DNA of 64,000 bases from Amphiscolops sp. MND2022 (lineage: Eukaryota). Positions 12,101 to 23,600 of the stretch are shown in pieces. The stretch's first letter is position 1, and each line of letters opens with the position of its first letter. The notes beneath the pieces were generated by a model. It worked only from the letters and a program-made list of their open reading frames with translations, did no database searches and was not told the DNA's origin. Made by a program: the position numbers and the translations under genes. The DNA lies in contig OZ076409.1 of the NCBI GenBank assembly GCA_964187785.1, positions 43,464,001 through 43,528,000 of the forward strand, in the 5' to 3' direction.

Positions 12101-14402
12101 TCTTCTGGTGTTTCTGCATGACTGCTTGCTTATTCTGAAAATGAAACAAGTACCAGTCACTTTGCGTTTTCAAAACCCAAAACATTTTACAGTAAAAGCA
12201 AACCATCATCAGGAAGAGTAATAACTATAATTACTATGAGACAATTTTTGGATTACTATTTGGACAGAAATAAATGTCGATACTTTTTTTTCGGCAAAAT
12301 TTATCATCCAAGAATACATACACTGTTGAGTTCGTTCAGAAGTTGGCGTCTCTCTTCATTGGCTCTGTGGAACGCCTAAAAATGACCCCATTTTAGAGAA
12401 AATATTAGCGGGATAATTCCTGGACACAAAAATGAACCAGAGATTTGTCGACAATGTAATGCAACATGCGAACTTACTTACACTTATATGATTAGAACGG
12501 GAAAACATGATCGTCATCTTGAAAAAAAAACAGCAATAGAAACTCACTTTAGCTTCCTGTTCAATGCGCTGCTCAATTTCTCTCATTTCAGTCTCCAAAT
12601 GCATTTTCTCCTTCTGGGCAATACGGATATTTTTCTGAATGCTGCTCTGAAACAAAACCATCAATCATTAAAACCTTGCTATGACGCACTTCGACAGACA
12701 TTGACATCTAAACATTGAAAACACCAAAAGTACCTGTTACTCAGAATAAAGATAAGCATCATGAGAACTTACATCTGTAACATCTGAGAAGGCCTTTGAC
12801 ACGGTGCCTGAAACAACATCAGAGCTGGTAAATTCAAGGAATGTTCGGAAAAATTCGAATATTCCGAATTATTTCTGAATTCAGAATAAAATTTTGGAGA
12901 GTTTGAATTTACTCTGTTTGCCATTGAGTCTGCACTTAGCGTAAAAAGTACCTCGCAGTGAATTTAGCCAAATGATGTTATTGAGATTTTCCATCAAATT
13001 GGTCGGCCAAAATTAGTCATTCACATTTCCCGACAAACATTTTTTTTCAGCAAAAAGTTGTCGGTTATTATGTAGAGACCCATAATACATGTCTTCAAAA
13101 TAGGAAACTAAACTGAAAATGGGGACTGATCTCTTGTTAAGAACAAGCTTGTTGCCAACAAATTTCAGGCTTTTCACCCTAAATAGTGTGAAACTTGTTT
13201 GTCAGGCCGGTTTATATTGCGCCTCCATATAAAAACAATTCGAATACGAAGATGAAAAATATGAGAACGGTCAAGACAAAATGCCGGAATTTAATGTTGG
13301 GCGAATCGTTTCTAGTTTTAGCCCACATATAAGAATACCAGATACCTTCATTGAGAAGCTTTACAAAAGGCGGACATGACTGTATATGGTTTTTGTATAT
13401 GATTCATTCAGGCTTGAAATATTCCTTAACAAACTGAACATTACCTTCGGCAAAAATCTACTTATAATCGTGTAAATTGAAAACTAGTGACAAACCCTCT
13501 TTGAGAAGTAACTTGGTGTCTTCAATTTGGTTGGCCAAAATCACGATTTGTCGTTCCAACATCTGGTTAACCTCATTTTGGTTATGAAACCTTGTCTTCC
13601 ATTCACTCCCTAGAGAAAGTAATGAGTTATGACCCATAACTTAGGAGGAAAGTTAACCCTTCATATCCAAGGCCTCCAACCTTCATTTTCAATGTCCTCC
13701 AGCCTTCTTTCCAGTTCTTCAATGGCTACAGCCAACTCATGGCAACACGATTTCAGAAGGGATCTGAACAAATAAAACTGTTCATTCCCGAAATATTCAT
13801 TTCAAATTCGATATACAGGAAGTATTTCGAGTTTTTATTCCACATTAAAATTGAGATCATTTTTGTACTACTCTCAGTAAAATTCCAACTTCAAAAAGGA
13901 TTTTGCACACCGGAACTATCACATCTGTAAGTTACGTCGACATGCTGACATATTTGTGAAGAAAATTTCATAGAAGGAAAGGTAGAATTGGGGTCGGTAA
14001 GTTGTAATATGCAGAGTCCCATGATACAGGTCTTCAAAATAGGAAACTAAACTGAAAATGAGGACTAATCTCTTGTTAAGAACAAGCTTGTCACAAACAA
14101 ATTCCAGACTTTTAACAAGGCCAATTTCGAAATTTTGTGATTCTATTCCTCTTGCTCAGAAAATTCATTTTTACACACTAAGTACCACTATTCCACTAAT
14201 GTATAATTTTCTAACTTTATTTGCTATAATTTTCTAACTTTATTTGCATTTCTTCGTAGATTTCACAGTCCAGTTTATCCAATTCTTCTAAAGCTTCTAA
14301 ATTTAGCATGTGGAAGTCAGCTACTGTTCTCAGAGAGATGGCTCCATCTTTCACAGTGGCCGCATAGTTACCCCCCGCCGGGTTCCATGTGAACACAACC
14401 AT
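9136..14402 (-). CDS. CCDC169: CCDC169-like coiled-coil protein, 8 coding exons (14402-14239, 13763-13681, 13609-13496, 12807-12773, 12646-12548, 12375-12322, 12134-11929, 9262-9136), ~293 aa
   Basis: All junctions GT-AG with matching phases. Motifs ELERRLEDIENEGSEWKTRFHNQ, RIEQEAKAFHRANEERR and C-terminal NQRILDPRKGPIRKAAAVKKLP are recognised from memory as CCDC169/C13orf38-like. Confidence 0.72.
10253..11215. mobile_element. Non-autonomous MULE-type element with repetitive inverted ends, in the last CCDC169 intron
   Basis: Three ACAGATTTCGTCCC-like repeats at each end in inverted orientation; 9-bp TSD GAAATTTAG at 10244-10252 and 11216-11224. Confidence 0.75.
10608..11118. mobile_element. 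Possible piggyBac-type MITE nested in the MULE element
   Basis: TTAA at 10604-10607 and 11119-11122 flanking imperfect TIRs CCACAACTTGAC / GTCAACTTAAGG. Confidence 0.4.
13080..14110 (+). repeat. Two direct copies of a ~90-bp intronic sequence (~13080-13170 and ~14018-14110)
   Basis: GTCTTCAAAATAGGAAACTAAACTGAAAATG.GGACT.ATCTCTTGTTAAGAACAAGCTTGT present in two CCDC169 introns. Confidence 0.8.
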
Positions 14403-14773
14403 CGTCTCTGAAAATTTGACGAAACATCAAGTAAGTTTGTGGGGTCTTGAAAAGTCGCTAGCATAATCTATCCTTTCTCACAGAAAAGGCCGAATTATGA
14501 AGAGTATGTCGTAGGGACGCAGAATCAAATGGCCTATTTCTCAACAGAAAATTGACTTCACACAAGACGCTGCACTAAAAAAAAACATTTTCTTCCTGAA
14601 GAGTCCTTTCTCGAATTTGTTGCGCGTGAAAAGTAAGTGCCAAATTATGGCACGAAGCTGAGAAACAAAAAATTCAAATGTGAAAAAAAAAATGTACAAT
14701 ATTTAGAAATGTAAAATTTACAGTAAGTAACAAGTTGGAAGCGTTCATAAAATTACATAAATTTATCTGAATA

Positions 14774-15745
14774 TCAAGATACAAGAAGTAAGTTTTTATC
14801 AACTTGGCACAGCAATTTTTCCAATTTGACTCGATTCTGTTGTTTTAAAAATTCTATTTTGGTGGCCAGAAAATTGATATCACTCGAAGACACTTCCTCA
14901 ACCATAGAAGATAACGAAGGGCCAACATTTTCGACTTTATGAGGTGTATTGAGGCACTCCCGAATGTTTTCACACCTTTTCTTCAAAGATTCTACCACAG
15001 TGGTAAACTCGGGCATGAACAGATTATGGGCGCCTATAATTTCTTTTCTCTCGTCTTTGAGAGATTGAATTTCTAACTGGATGATGGAAAGCATCCATTG
15101 GTGAAAAATGGGAATAAATTCTTGCCAGGACAACCATAGCTTTAGTAACTGTGTCATCATTGATGCATTTGACTGGTTGCGTCTTTCAGCTGACCAAAGT
15201 TTCAATAAGTTCAAATTAAGCTTCTCAGCATTCGACTCCACGGCTTTGACCTCATGCAGACAACACAAAAACTCGTTTTCAGCTAGCTTCAATTGATTTT
15301 TGAACAAGGCACAATCTGAGAAAATATTCGCTGAAAAGGGGAAAGATTTTGAAATCGAAGACTGCAGGCACATTTTCAACGTTTGATGGAACTGCCGATC
15401 TTTGGAATGAATATCGAAAACTTGCATATGCTTGAAAACTAAATTGTAAAGACAGTTCGTTGAAGTTATGATGGATCCGAAAGTGAGTAAGAGGTTTCTA
15501 GGTGGCATCTTAGAAACAATATTTACAACTGTTTCTACATTCGCCTGCTGCTTTTCCGGACGCAAGGAAGCTTGAACTATCAAAATAAGGGCATGCTGCA
15601 GCAAGAAAGAATCCTCCAATTCGTTGAATTTCGCTTGTCTCAGAATTTCGGGAGTCAAATTAGGAACTTCTAAGGCATTCAACAGGGAGCACAGAGTTTT
15701 CAAACATCCCTTGATGTCGCCTTGCTGCTGGGAAGGTCTGCTCAT
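14774..15745 (-). CDS. TEDC1: Single-exon 323-aa protein, TEDC1 (tubulin epsilon and delta complex 1)-like
   Basis: Uninterrupted ORF. N-terminal LTPEILRQAKFN resembles the recalled TEDC1 motif PEIFRRAKFD; W...FHQWM motif and coiled-coil C-terminus. Confidence 0.6.
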   Translation of the reverse strand: MSRPSQQQGDIKGCLKTLCSLLNALEVPNLTPEILRQAKFNELEDSFLLQHALILIVQASLRPEKQQANVETVVNIVSKMPPRNLLLTFGSIITSTNCLYNLVFKHMQVFDIHSKDRQFHQTLKMCLQSSISKSFPFSANIFSDCALFKNQLKLAENEFLCCLHEVKAVESNAEKLNLNLLKLWSAERRNQSNASMMTQLLKLWLSWQEFIPIFHQWMLSIIQLEIQSLKDERKEIIGAHNLFMPEFTTVVESLKKRCENIRECLNTPHKVENVGPSLSSMVEEVSSSDINFLATKIEFLKQQNRVKLEKLLCQVDKNLLLVS

Positions 15746-16058
15746 TAGTTTTCTGAAGAAAAATCCCTGAACGCAGCATAATCAAGAAAACTCCATTAGT
15801 AGCTTTTAACATGAAACCGTAAATATGAATAGAAGAAATGTTGCTTTTTGGATCGTGCAACCAAAAACAAAAGACCATTCGCAAACAAATGCAGGAATTC
15901 TTGGAACATTCGGAAAAAACTGAAAAGCCTTTACAATATGTATATTTCATAAAGCACCGACTATAATATATAAGGCTGCGGTTAATAGATCATCACTGCG
16001 GCGAAGTATCATTTAAACGCTGTTTCAATGGTACCGCGTCTGAATAACATCCACACTG

Positions 16059-16987
16059 CAGGGTTGGACAAAATATGTTTTTTTCGTGAATTAAACAAGT
16101 TTTATTTGTTTTATTGAAAACAAGACGGGAACGTCTAAAGTCGGCGCTATATCTAAGACTTAAAAAGCGCAAAAGACTTTTGAAAAAAACTTGAAATTTT
16201 TGAATTTTTTTTCTTTCAGAAACCGTCGCATAGTGCCGAAAAATGTAAAAGGGGGACCCTTTGGGCTTTATTAACATATATTCTGTTGCAAAATATGAAA
16301 AAACTCGAAGGGGGGACCCTTTCGAGACATTAAAAAATTTTTCGAAAAAAAAGTCGCACAGTGCCGAAAAAAATCCAAAGGGGGGACCCTTTAGGCACGT
16401 CCGGCTTTGTAGGTTACGTTAAAATAGTAAAAAATGAAAGGGGGGACCCTTTTGCACTAATTTCCGCTGACCGGGCTTGGCCTTATGGTAGTAGTTTTAG
16501 TAGTTTCGATTGTAAGAAAAGTGGCCCAATCAGAGTGAGATTGTAGTCTGACGAAAAAAAAACAGGCCACTGTAAGTGTCGGGCACTTTTCCTTAGAAAA
16601 GCGCCGACTAAAAACACGTTTTTTTCCCAAAAATGTTGTTTTTTTTCGCTTTTCTTACAAAACCATCAATTATTTATTCAATTGACGATATAAGAATGAC
16701 AGGTTTCGTGCTTTGTCCACTCCAAGTCGTGATCGCGAAGGTTGAAAACATGTGCCTGACAGCCATATGTATGAACGCCGGGCACGTTGTAGGCGGCTGG
16801 CATCCCGGTAACATTTGCTGCATTATCGGTCACAACACTTGTTATTTTAAAATAGAATAAAACGCATAAGAAGCAATAAATTACTGGTAAAAACAGGCAA
16901 TGAAAAAAAACATGTTTTTTTCGTGTGTTCAAAACATGTTTTTTTCAGCCGTGTTTAAAACGTTTTTTTTCATCTGTGCCAACCCTG
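16059..16987 (-). mobile_element. Non-autonomous hAT element with transposase remnant
   Basis: TIR CAGGGTTGG at both ends; perfect 8-bp TSD CCACACTG (16051-16058, 16988-16995); remnant VVTDNAANV...GCQAHVFNL at ~16735-16845. Confidence 0.9.
16119..16611 (-). mobile_element. Family A HINE nested in the hAT element
   Basis: AACAAGACGGGAACGTCTAAAGTCGGCGC ... GCGCCGACTAA. Confidence 0.8.
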
Positions 16988-17637
16988 CCACACTGGAAGC
17001 AAAAAAACTATAATAGGCTCAAAAGTAGTCAAAATAGGATTTCATACAAATGACAGGAGAGGGCAATACTTTCATCTTTACGCTTTCAAAAGCTCGATAT
17101 TATTTTCGATGTCCAGTCGAGAGCCAGGTATCTGAATTGCGTCGTTGAATTAATCAAACGTTATATGCTACTTCCATATTCAACCCGAACGCGTTATATT
17201 GGATGCACGTTTTTTAACAGTGATTCTGTTTTTTCATTGTTTTCATTATTCAAAGATTTGAAATGAAGTAGGTACGGAAAAGAGAGCTGATATGCTTTGC
17301 CGACGCTCACAGCCTTTTTGTGGAGGTAAAGGACGTTTTTTGCAAATACACCGACCCTTACATGAGAAGCCTGGAAAAACTCCATTCATGTTATATGACA
17401 CAGTTCTGTAATGTTTATAGAACCCAAAATAAATCTCTGCAGCCAGCCAGGTACACTTTCAAGCTACATCTTACAAGACAAAAGATGAAAAACAAATGCT
17501 TTGGATTCATACAAAATATAATTAGCTCTCAATGATTTTAATCAACTGGCAAAACATAAATAAATTTCTAATCTTCATTTATACAAATAGAGTATTCAAT
17601 AATTAAACTATCTTTTCAAATATTAGGTCTCTGCTTT

Positions 17638-20600
17638 TCATCCGCGACCCATATCAGGCAAGGCCAAGATACACGGTCTTCGACCACACTTTTTCTGCTG
17701 AGGCAATGTAAGTAGATTGCGCAATCGCAGCGTCTTCTCATTTTGAATGAAAATGACTCCGTCGTTCTGCTCCACCCAGTTGATGCGCTTCCTCTTGGCC
17801 GAACAAATAGGCAGCGAAATACATGGCAGCTTTCTTTTAACCCGCGGCGCGCCTTCTGACGTTTTATCTGCTTGCTGGTTGAAAACCTTTATCTTCTCAG
17901 CTAAGCTCTCCAAACTCGCTTTTTTGCTGCTGTTTTTCTGGTCACGAGTCAAAGCACTTTTCAGATCAAAGTTCACCTTTTGAGCTGTTTTCAGTGTTTC
18001 TTTTTGGCACACATCTTGATCGAAGTCCACACAAGGCCGGCGTGCCAAAGACTTGACAGTTATACTGCAGAAGTTTCTACTGTAGCGTGAGAAAGGGGTG
18101 GTGACTAAGAGAAAGGCTGTTCGTGATCTGACGGCTGGTACGTAAGTATCTTTTTTGGTGAGAACCAGTTTGTGAGCCGTGGCCAAATGCCTGTCAAAAA
18201 ACACCAATCGCTCACAAGACAGGATCGACAAAAATAAAAAAATCAGCGCCCATCTCAAGGGCCGAGCTTCTTGAATAAATAAAAATCATCGCCAAAAAAC
18301 ACTTTTTGGGCTCTAAAGAAGAGTTTTCCTAACTGCAGACATCACAAAAACCAAAAAAGGACGAGAAAAAAGTCTCAAAAAAGTTGAAAGAGCCGAAAAA
18401 ATCGCTAACAGACCCTTGATTCGTAGACCAAGTGAAGATAGAACATTTTCAAAGGGTCGGTTTAGATGCTCTTTGGATCATAGGCCGAAAATGTAGAACT
18501 TTCATGGCCAGTTCGACTGCTTTGAAAAAATTTTCAAAATCCCATAAAAAACTTTACAGCACCGACTAAAAGCGGCCCATTTGCTGTCTATAGAGAGGAT
18601 TTTTGATGAAACCATAGTTTTCAACGCTATTTAACAACTCAATGAAATCTTTTGGGAACAAAATTGGTAGTCTAACAAACACTTCACAGCATTAATTGTA
18701 CTACGAAAAAAAACACGGGAAAGTATTGCCATAAAAACTATAACATTCGAATTTTCGTGCATTTTCATATGAAAAGGACTGATCTGCAAACATAAGCTGA
18801 AAAAAAACAAATGGAAAAAAAACTAATTTAATTTAAACTAACCAAATTAAATGACAGAATGTGTTTTTTTTAGTCGGCGCCGCTTCCCTTAGGGAAAAAG
18901 TCCGACCATTAGAGTAACTAGTTTTTTTGTCAGTGCCACTCTGAATGGTCTTTTTGTGCACTAAGTGCACTTTTACCAAAAGTACTTCGTACTTGATTTT
19001 GAACGCATCCAAAGCCTCTAACATGAAATCCAAAACGATTCCAAAGCAGAAGGGTCCCTCGTCTCGATTTTTTCGGCACTCGGAAACTTCCCCTCCCTTT
19101 TCGGCTTTGTGAGATTTTTTTCCGAAAATTTTTTAATGTCTCCCAAAGAGTCCATTCTTCAATTTTTTTGGGTGCAATATTTTGCAACAGAATGGATGTT
19201 AAAAATCTCAAAGCGTCCCCCTTTTGAATTTTCGGCACTATGAGACTGTTCAAAACTCTCATTTTTTGTCTGATATTAGGTTTTCTCAATATGCATCCAT
19301 CAATAACTTTTTCAATACTATCCGTATTTTTGACGTAATATCTTAAGTAAAGCGCAATATCCGAATTTTTGAAGTTATATCCGAACTATATAGCGTTTTA
19401 CTAAGGAGGAGGCGTAGGATCGGAAAAAAGTGCTCTCATTTGTCTCAGCACACTATATCCGAACTTCTGAAGCGTTTTCCGAACACGAAAGGCACCCTTT
19501 GGGTGTTTCGAAACTTTTTGAGTTTTTCATTAAAACGTCGAGGGCAAAAAACTTAGCGCCTTTTGAGCCTTAGGTATAGCGCCGACTTAATACGTTCCCG
19601 TCTTGTTAAACAAAATCTCGACACCGTAAAATGTTGGCGTTCGAACACATAGTTGGCTGATTATAATCAACTTGATTAAAACTAATTTGTTTTGAGATTG
19701 TGATTTAAATCAGTCAGAAGCCACGTTTTAAACGTGGATGAGTTATTTGATCTAGCGAACAGTTTCTGACTTTCATTTCGAGCACTGGAGAATCAGAATG
19801 CTTTTCCATCACTTTAGGCTTGGTTCATTTGTAACCTGAAACCAATTCTTGAGTTGGAACAAGCCGGAACTGCCCAAGTCGACGCCCGGCTCAAGGCTCA
19901 AAAAGAGCCAAATGTTGAAAAACATGCGGAGGGACACTATTTTGAAAAATTTTATTACAGTGCCAAAACGTACGCAAAGGGATACACATGGGACCCGAAA
20001 ACCGCTTTTTCCCTAACTGCAAGTATTCAAAAAAATCCATTTGAAAAATCTTTCAAATTTCATTTGAAAAATAAAAATCCGAACTGACGGAACCCCCAAA
20101 AGGGGACCTTTTTAAGCTTGCAAGATTTTTCCATACCGAAGACATGCTTGAAAAAGTGAAGGGGATACCCTTTAATAAAATTCAAAAATTTTCCGAAAAA
20201 GTCGCCCAGTCCCCTCTGGTTGCCCCTTTTACTTTTGCAAACATGAAAACAATTTTGGTCCTGCGCAGGATTCGAACCCAATAACACATGATGCCCAGCC
20301 ATGCACTCATCTAGGCTAAGTGGCACATGAATTGAAATGAAGTTATAGAAATCTGTTATAATGGTTATAGAAATCTGTAAGTTGACTGGTCTTTAAACCA
20401 TTACTAAAAAACTTGAAACAGCCGTTTGAATTCATTTTTGAAATAGTCATTTTTGCAATCTGTTTTTTGATTTAATTTAATCTCTTCATTATATAATCAT
20501 TTAAAAGGCTTATATTTCAATTTGATTAAAAGCTAGCCCTGGTTTAACAGCAACAGAACTGGAAATTAGCAAAACTAAGTGACTCATGTTAGGCTTTAGC

Positions 20601-23600
20601 TAGTTTGTTTCAAAACCTACAAGTTTTTGGATTTCAATGGAAGGGATCTGAAGGTTCTAATATAAATCTGAGATTTCGTGTATGCGTCGTACATTTCACG
20701 CTCGTCGCATACCTACACAATCACATCTCGCATAATACTAGTTTTGTATAACTTTTCATGAATCGGATATTATGTACTACTTAGAGCTTTTGGTTTTAAA
20801 GTTAGAGAGAAGCTCAACAAACTTTAACTGAGGTCCGAAACTTGGGAATTAATCATTTAGACCGATATTTTTTGAGAAAAGGTAAACTGGACGATACCCT
20901 ACCTATGGAGTTGATTGCGAGATTTGAAGTCCTTTTCGCACTGGCCCACGGTGCATGTGTATTCGCCATGCGAAGCCATGTGGTTGATAAGACGCTCCTG
21001 TCTATTGAAGAGTTTTCCACAACTTCGACACTCATAGCGGGCTGTTTCTGCACTGACAGAACTGCTGATAATATTGCCTTCGTAATAATTGGGTTTTATG
21101 AGCCCTCCGTACTTCTTCCAGTAGCACCAACATACACCACACAATCTGCAAGCATTGTTTGGTCCCCACAAGTACCAGCTCGATGCTTCGTCTGTTTCAC
21201 AACCCTGAATATAAGGATTTGATTACAAAGAAGTATTGGTACAAATGATCTTGCTGCAAAATTGAAATACTTTGCAAAAGGTGGAACGAATCTCACAAGC
21301 ATAATCATTCTGAGGTCTTGCGAAGTAGTTTCAAACTTCAAAAAAAAAACGGGAATATGCCATCCAATACATAAAGAAGCACGATACTTCGTCCAAAAAA
21401 TGACAAATTAAAAATCGAACGGTTTTCATCGCGTTGTTTAGTCACAGTTAAAATGAAAGACAATGAAGCGCCAACGTGTTAGAATAACCTCGCAGATGAT
21501 GCGCGTGGAAGGAGTGACTGTGGTTTTGTTGGGGTTGTTGACAGTGCCGTCTGAGGGTATGTACACTTGCTTTAGTCTCTGATCCACATCAGCCGCCTTC
21601 CTCCTCTTCTGTTTCATGTACCTATCAGTCGTCTTCCACATGTAGTAGTACCTGAACGCAATGAAGTCATCAAAAATACTCTTTTGTTTAAAACATGAAC
21701 AAGGTTATAAATTGAAAGATCAAATTCACGTTCAAAACTTTCACTCATCTTTATCAGCAACTTTGTTGGCGCCAGTCATCAGCAAGCAGAGAAAGTCGAT
21801 TGGAACATGCTACTTGAGAAACAAAACTTAAACTCTCAAAAACTTCAATCATACAACCCCCCCCCCCAGTCGGGACTTTCTCAACAACTATTAACCCTAG
21901 AGACATGAAACTTGGCATACATATGCAGGTATATAACATGAACACAACGGCTAAGTTTCAAGGTCATTCACCCATTATAACCCCCTTTACCCCTCACATG
22001 TGTAGTATTCAAGGTCATTGAGCCAAAAATGTATACTTCGCTATTTACCTATATGACCACTTCGGAATGTAACTCTGTTGCAATTAATGATATTTATATA
22101 GTGTAAACATGCTTTTGAGCGCACCTGACCAACATGCCATATCCACCACATAGTTTGTTTACATAGCCAAAACTTCATATTATGCTTTAAATGTCATTTA
22201 TTTATACTTCATATTTCAACTCATTTATCAAATAATTGGAAACGAGATGTATATCATAACTAGTTAGGCACAAATTGATTGGAAAGCTGTATTCAAGTTG
22301 GGTCTTAGGACCATTTCCATTCTCAATTCATTTCTTCACCTCTTTTCGACTTTTCGCCAAAAGACTTAGGGCGACTAGGTTAGTTACTCTCAACTTGTGG
22401 AGAGTTGGACGCGTTAAGAGACAAGGAAATGCAATTCGGGATCATTGGATCCTACTAAGTAAAGATACAGTCCTTTTAATCTAAGAAGCAAGCAGTGTTC
22501 GGAAACGATCCGCAGTGCCGAGCACCGAATTCAGGGCTGCGTGAAGTTTGGTCAAGTGAAGGGATCAAGCAGCCGTTACAAACTTTTTAAATGGATCGTC
22601 CGTACCAAAACTATCGAATGCTAGATCCTATGATAACTGGCCTTGAGCTACAGAGGGGGCAGGTCCATAACATGGCGGAGATGGTGTTGTTCCACTGCAA
22701 CAAGGAAGTTTTAGTAACGATTCGACATAAATGAAATTTTTCAACAGAAGGGGTAATTTTTCTATGAAAACGACACTTTTTTGATGCCAAAAAATATCAA
22801 ATATCATAACAAGCCGGGAACGGCCCAAGTCGGCGCCATATCTAAGGCTCAAATATAGGAAAAGGACTTCAAAGTGTCAAGTATTCTCTTCTACAGTACT
22901 CGAATGGGAAAAAATTTTCTGAATTTTTTTGAAGTCTCCGGTTAGTCGCATAGAGCCACAAAAATTACGAAACTTACAAAAAAAAACAAGAGACCCTTTA
23001 GGAGTTTTTTTAACATCCATTCTGTTGCAAAATACTAAAAATCGAAGGGGGCCCTTTCGGGACATTAACATGCACAAAATTTTGGTCAAGGGCGAGACTC
23101 GAACCCACGTCCTTTTGCTTGTCAGACCTCAAAAAATCCTAATTAACCTCTATGCCAAGTTACATTAGTGGGGCAGTTAATGGAAGCAACAGCTTCAGCT
23201 TATAAAATCTGTCACTTCGTTGGTCTTAAAAAGAAAAGTCACTTTATAGTCTGCGTTTTTTTACGAAAAGCGCCGACTAAAAAACACAGTCACTGGAACA
23301 TTCCTAAGATGATAAGAAGACGAAAGCAAGTAAAGGGACTAACTCAATGACGGTATTCAAGGTTTTCCAGGGTAACACTTGTTCTTTTATGAGCGCGAAG
23401 TCCTTGCCAAACTTATCCAAGGCCTCTTCGAAGAGGTTTGCCTCGAACACTGACCAGATTTCGATCTCGTCTCTGACCATAAGCATGCCAGTTCCGGGCA
23501 CGAGGGATAGCATGATGTCACTCATGTTGTAGTTGTGTTTATGAATGGAGGAGTAAGCGAACGCCAACGATATGTCGCGACTGGCGGAGGAAGCAGCCAC

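Noticed and set aside
20899..21171. Stand-alone C2H2 zinc-finger gene
   Set aside because: It is an internal MTA exon, with phase-compatible splice sites on both sides.
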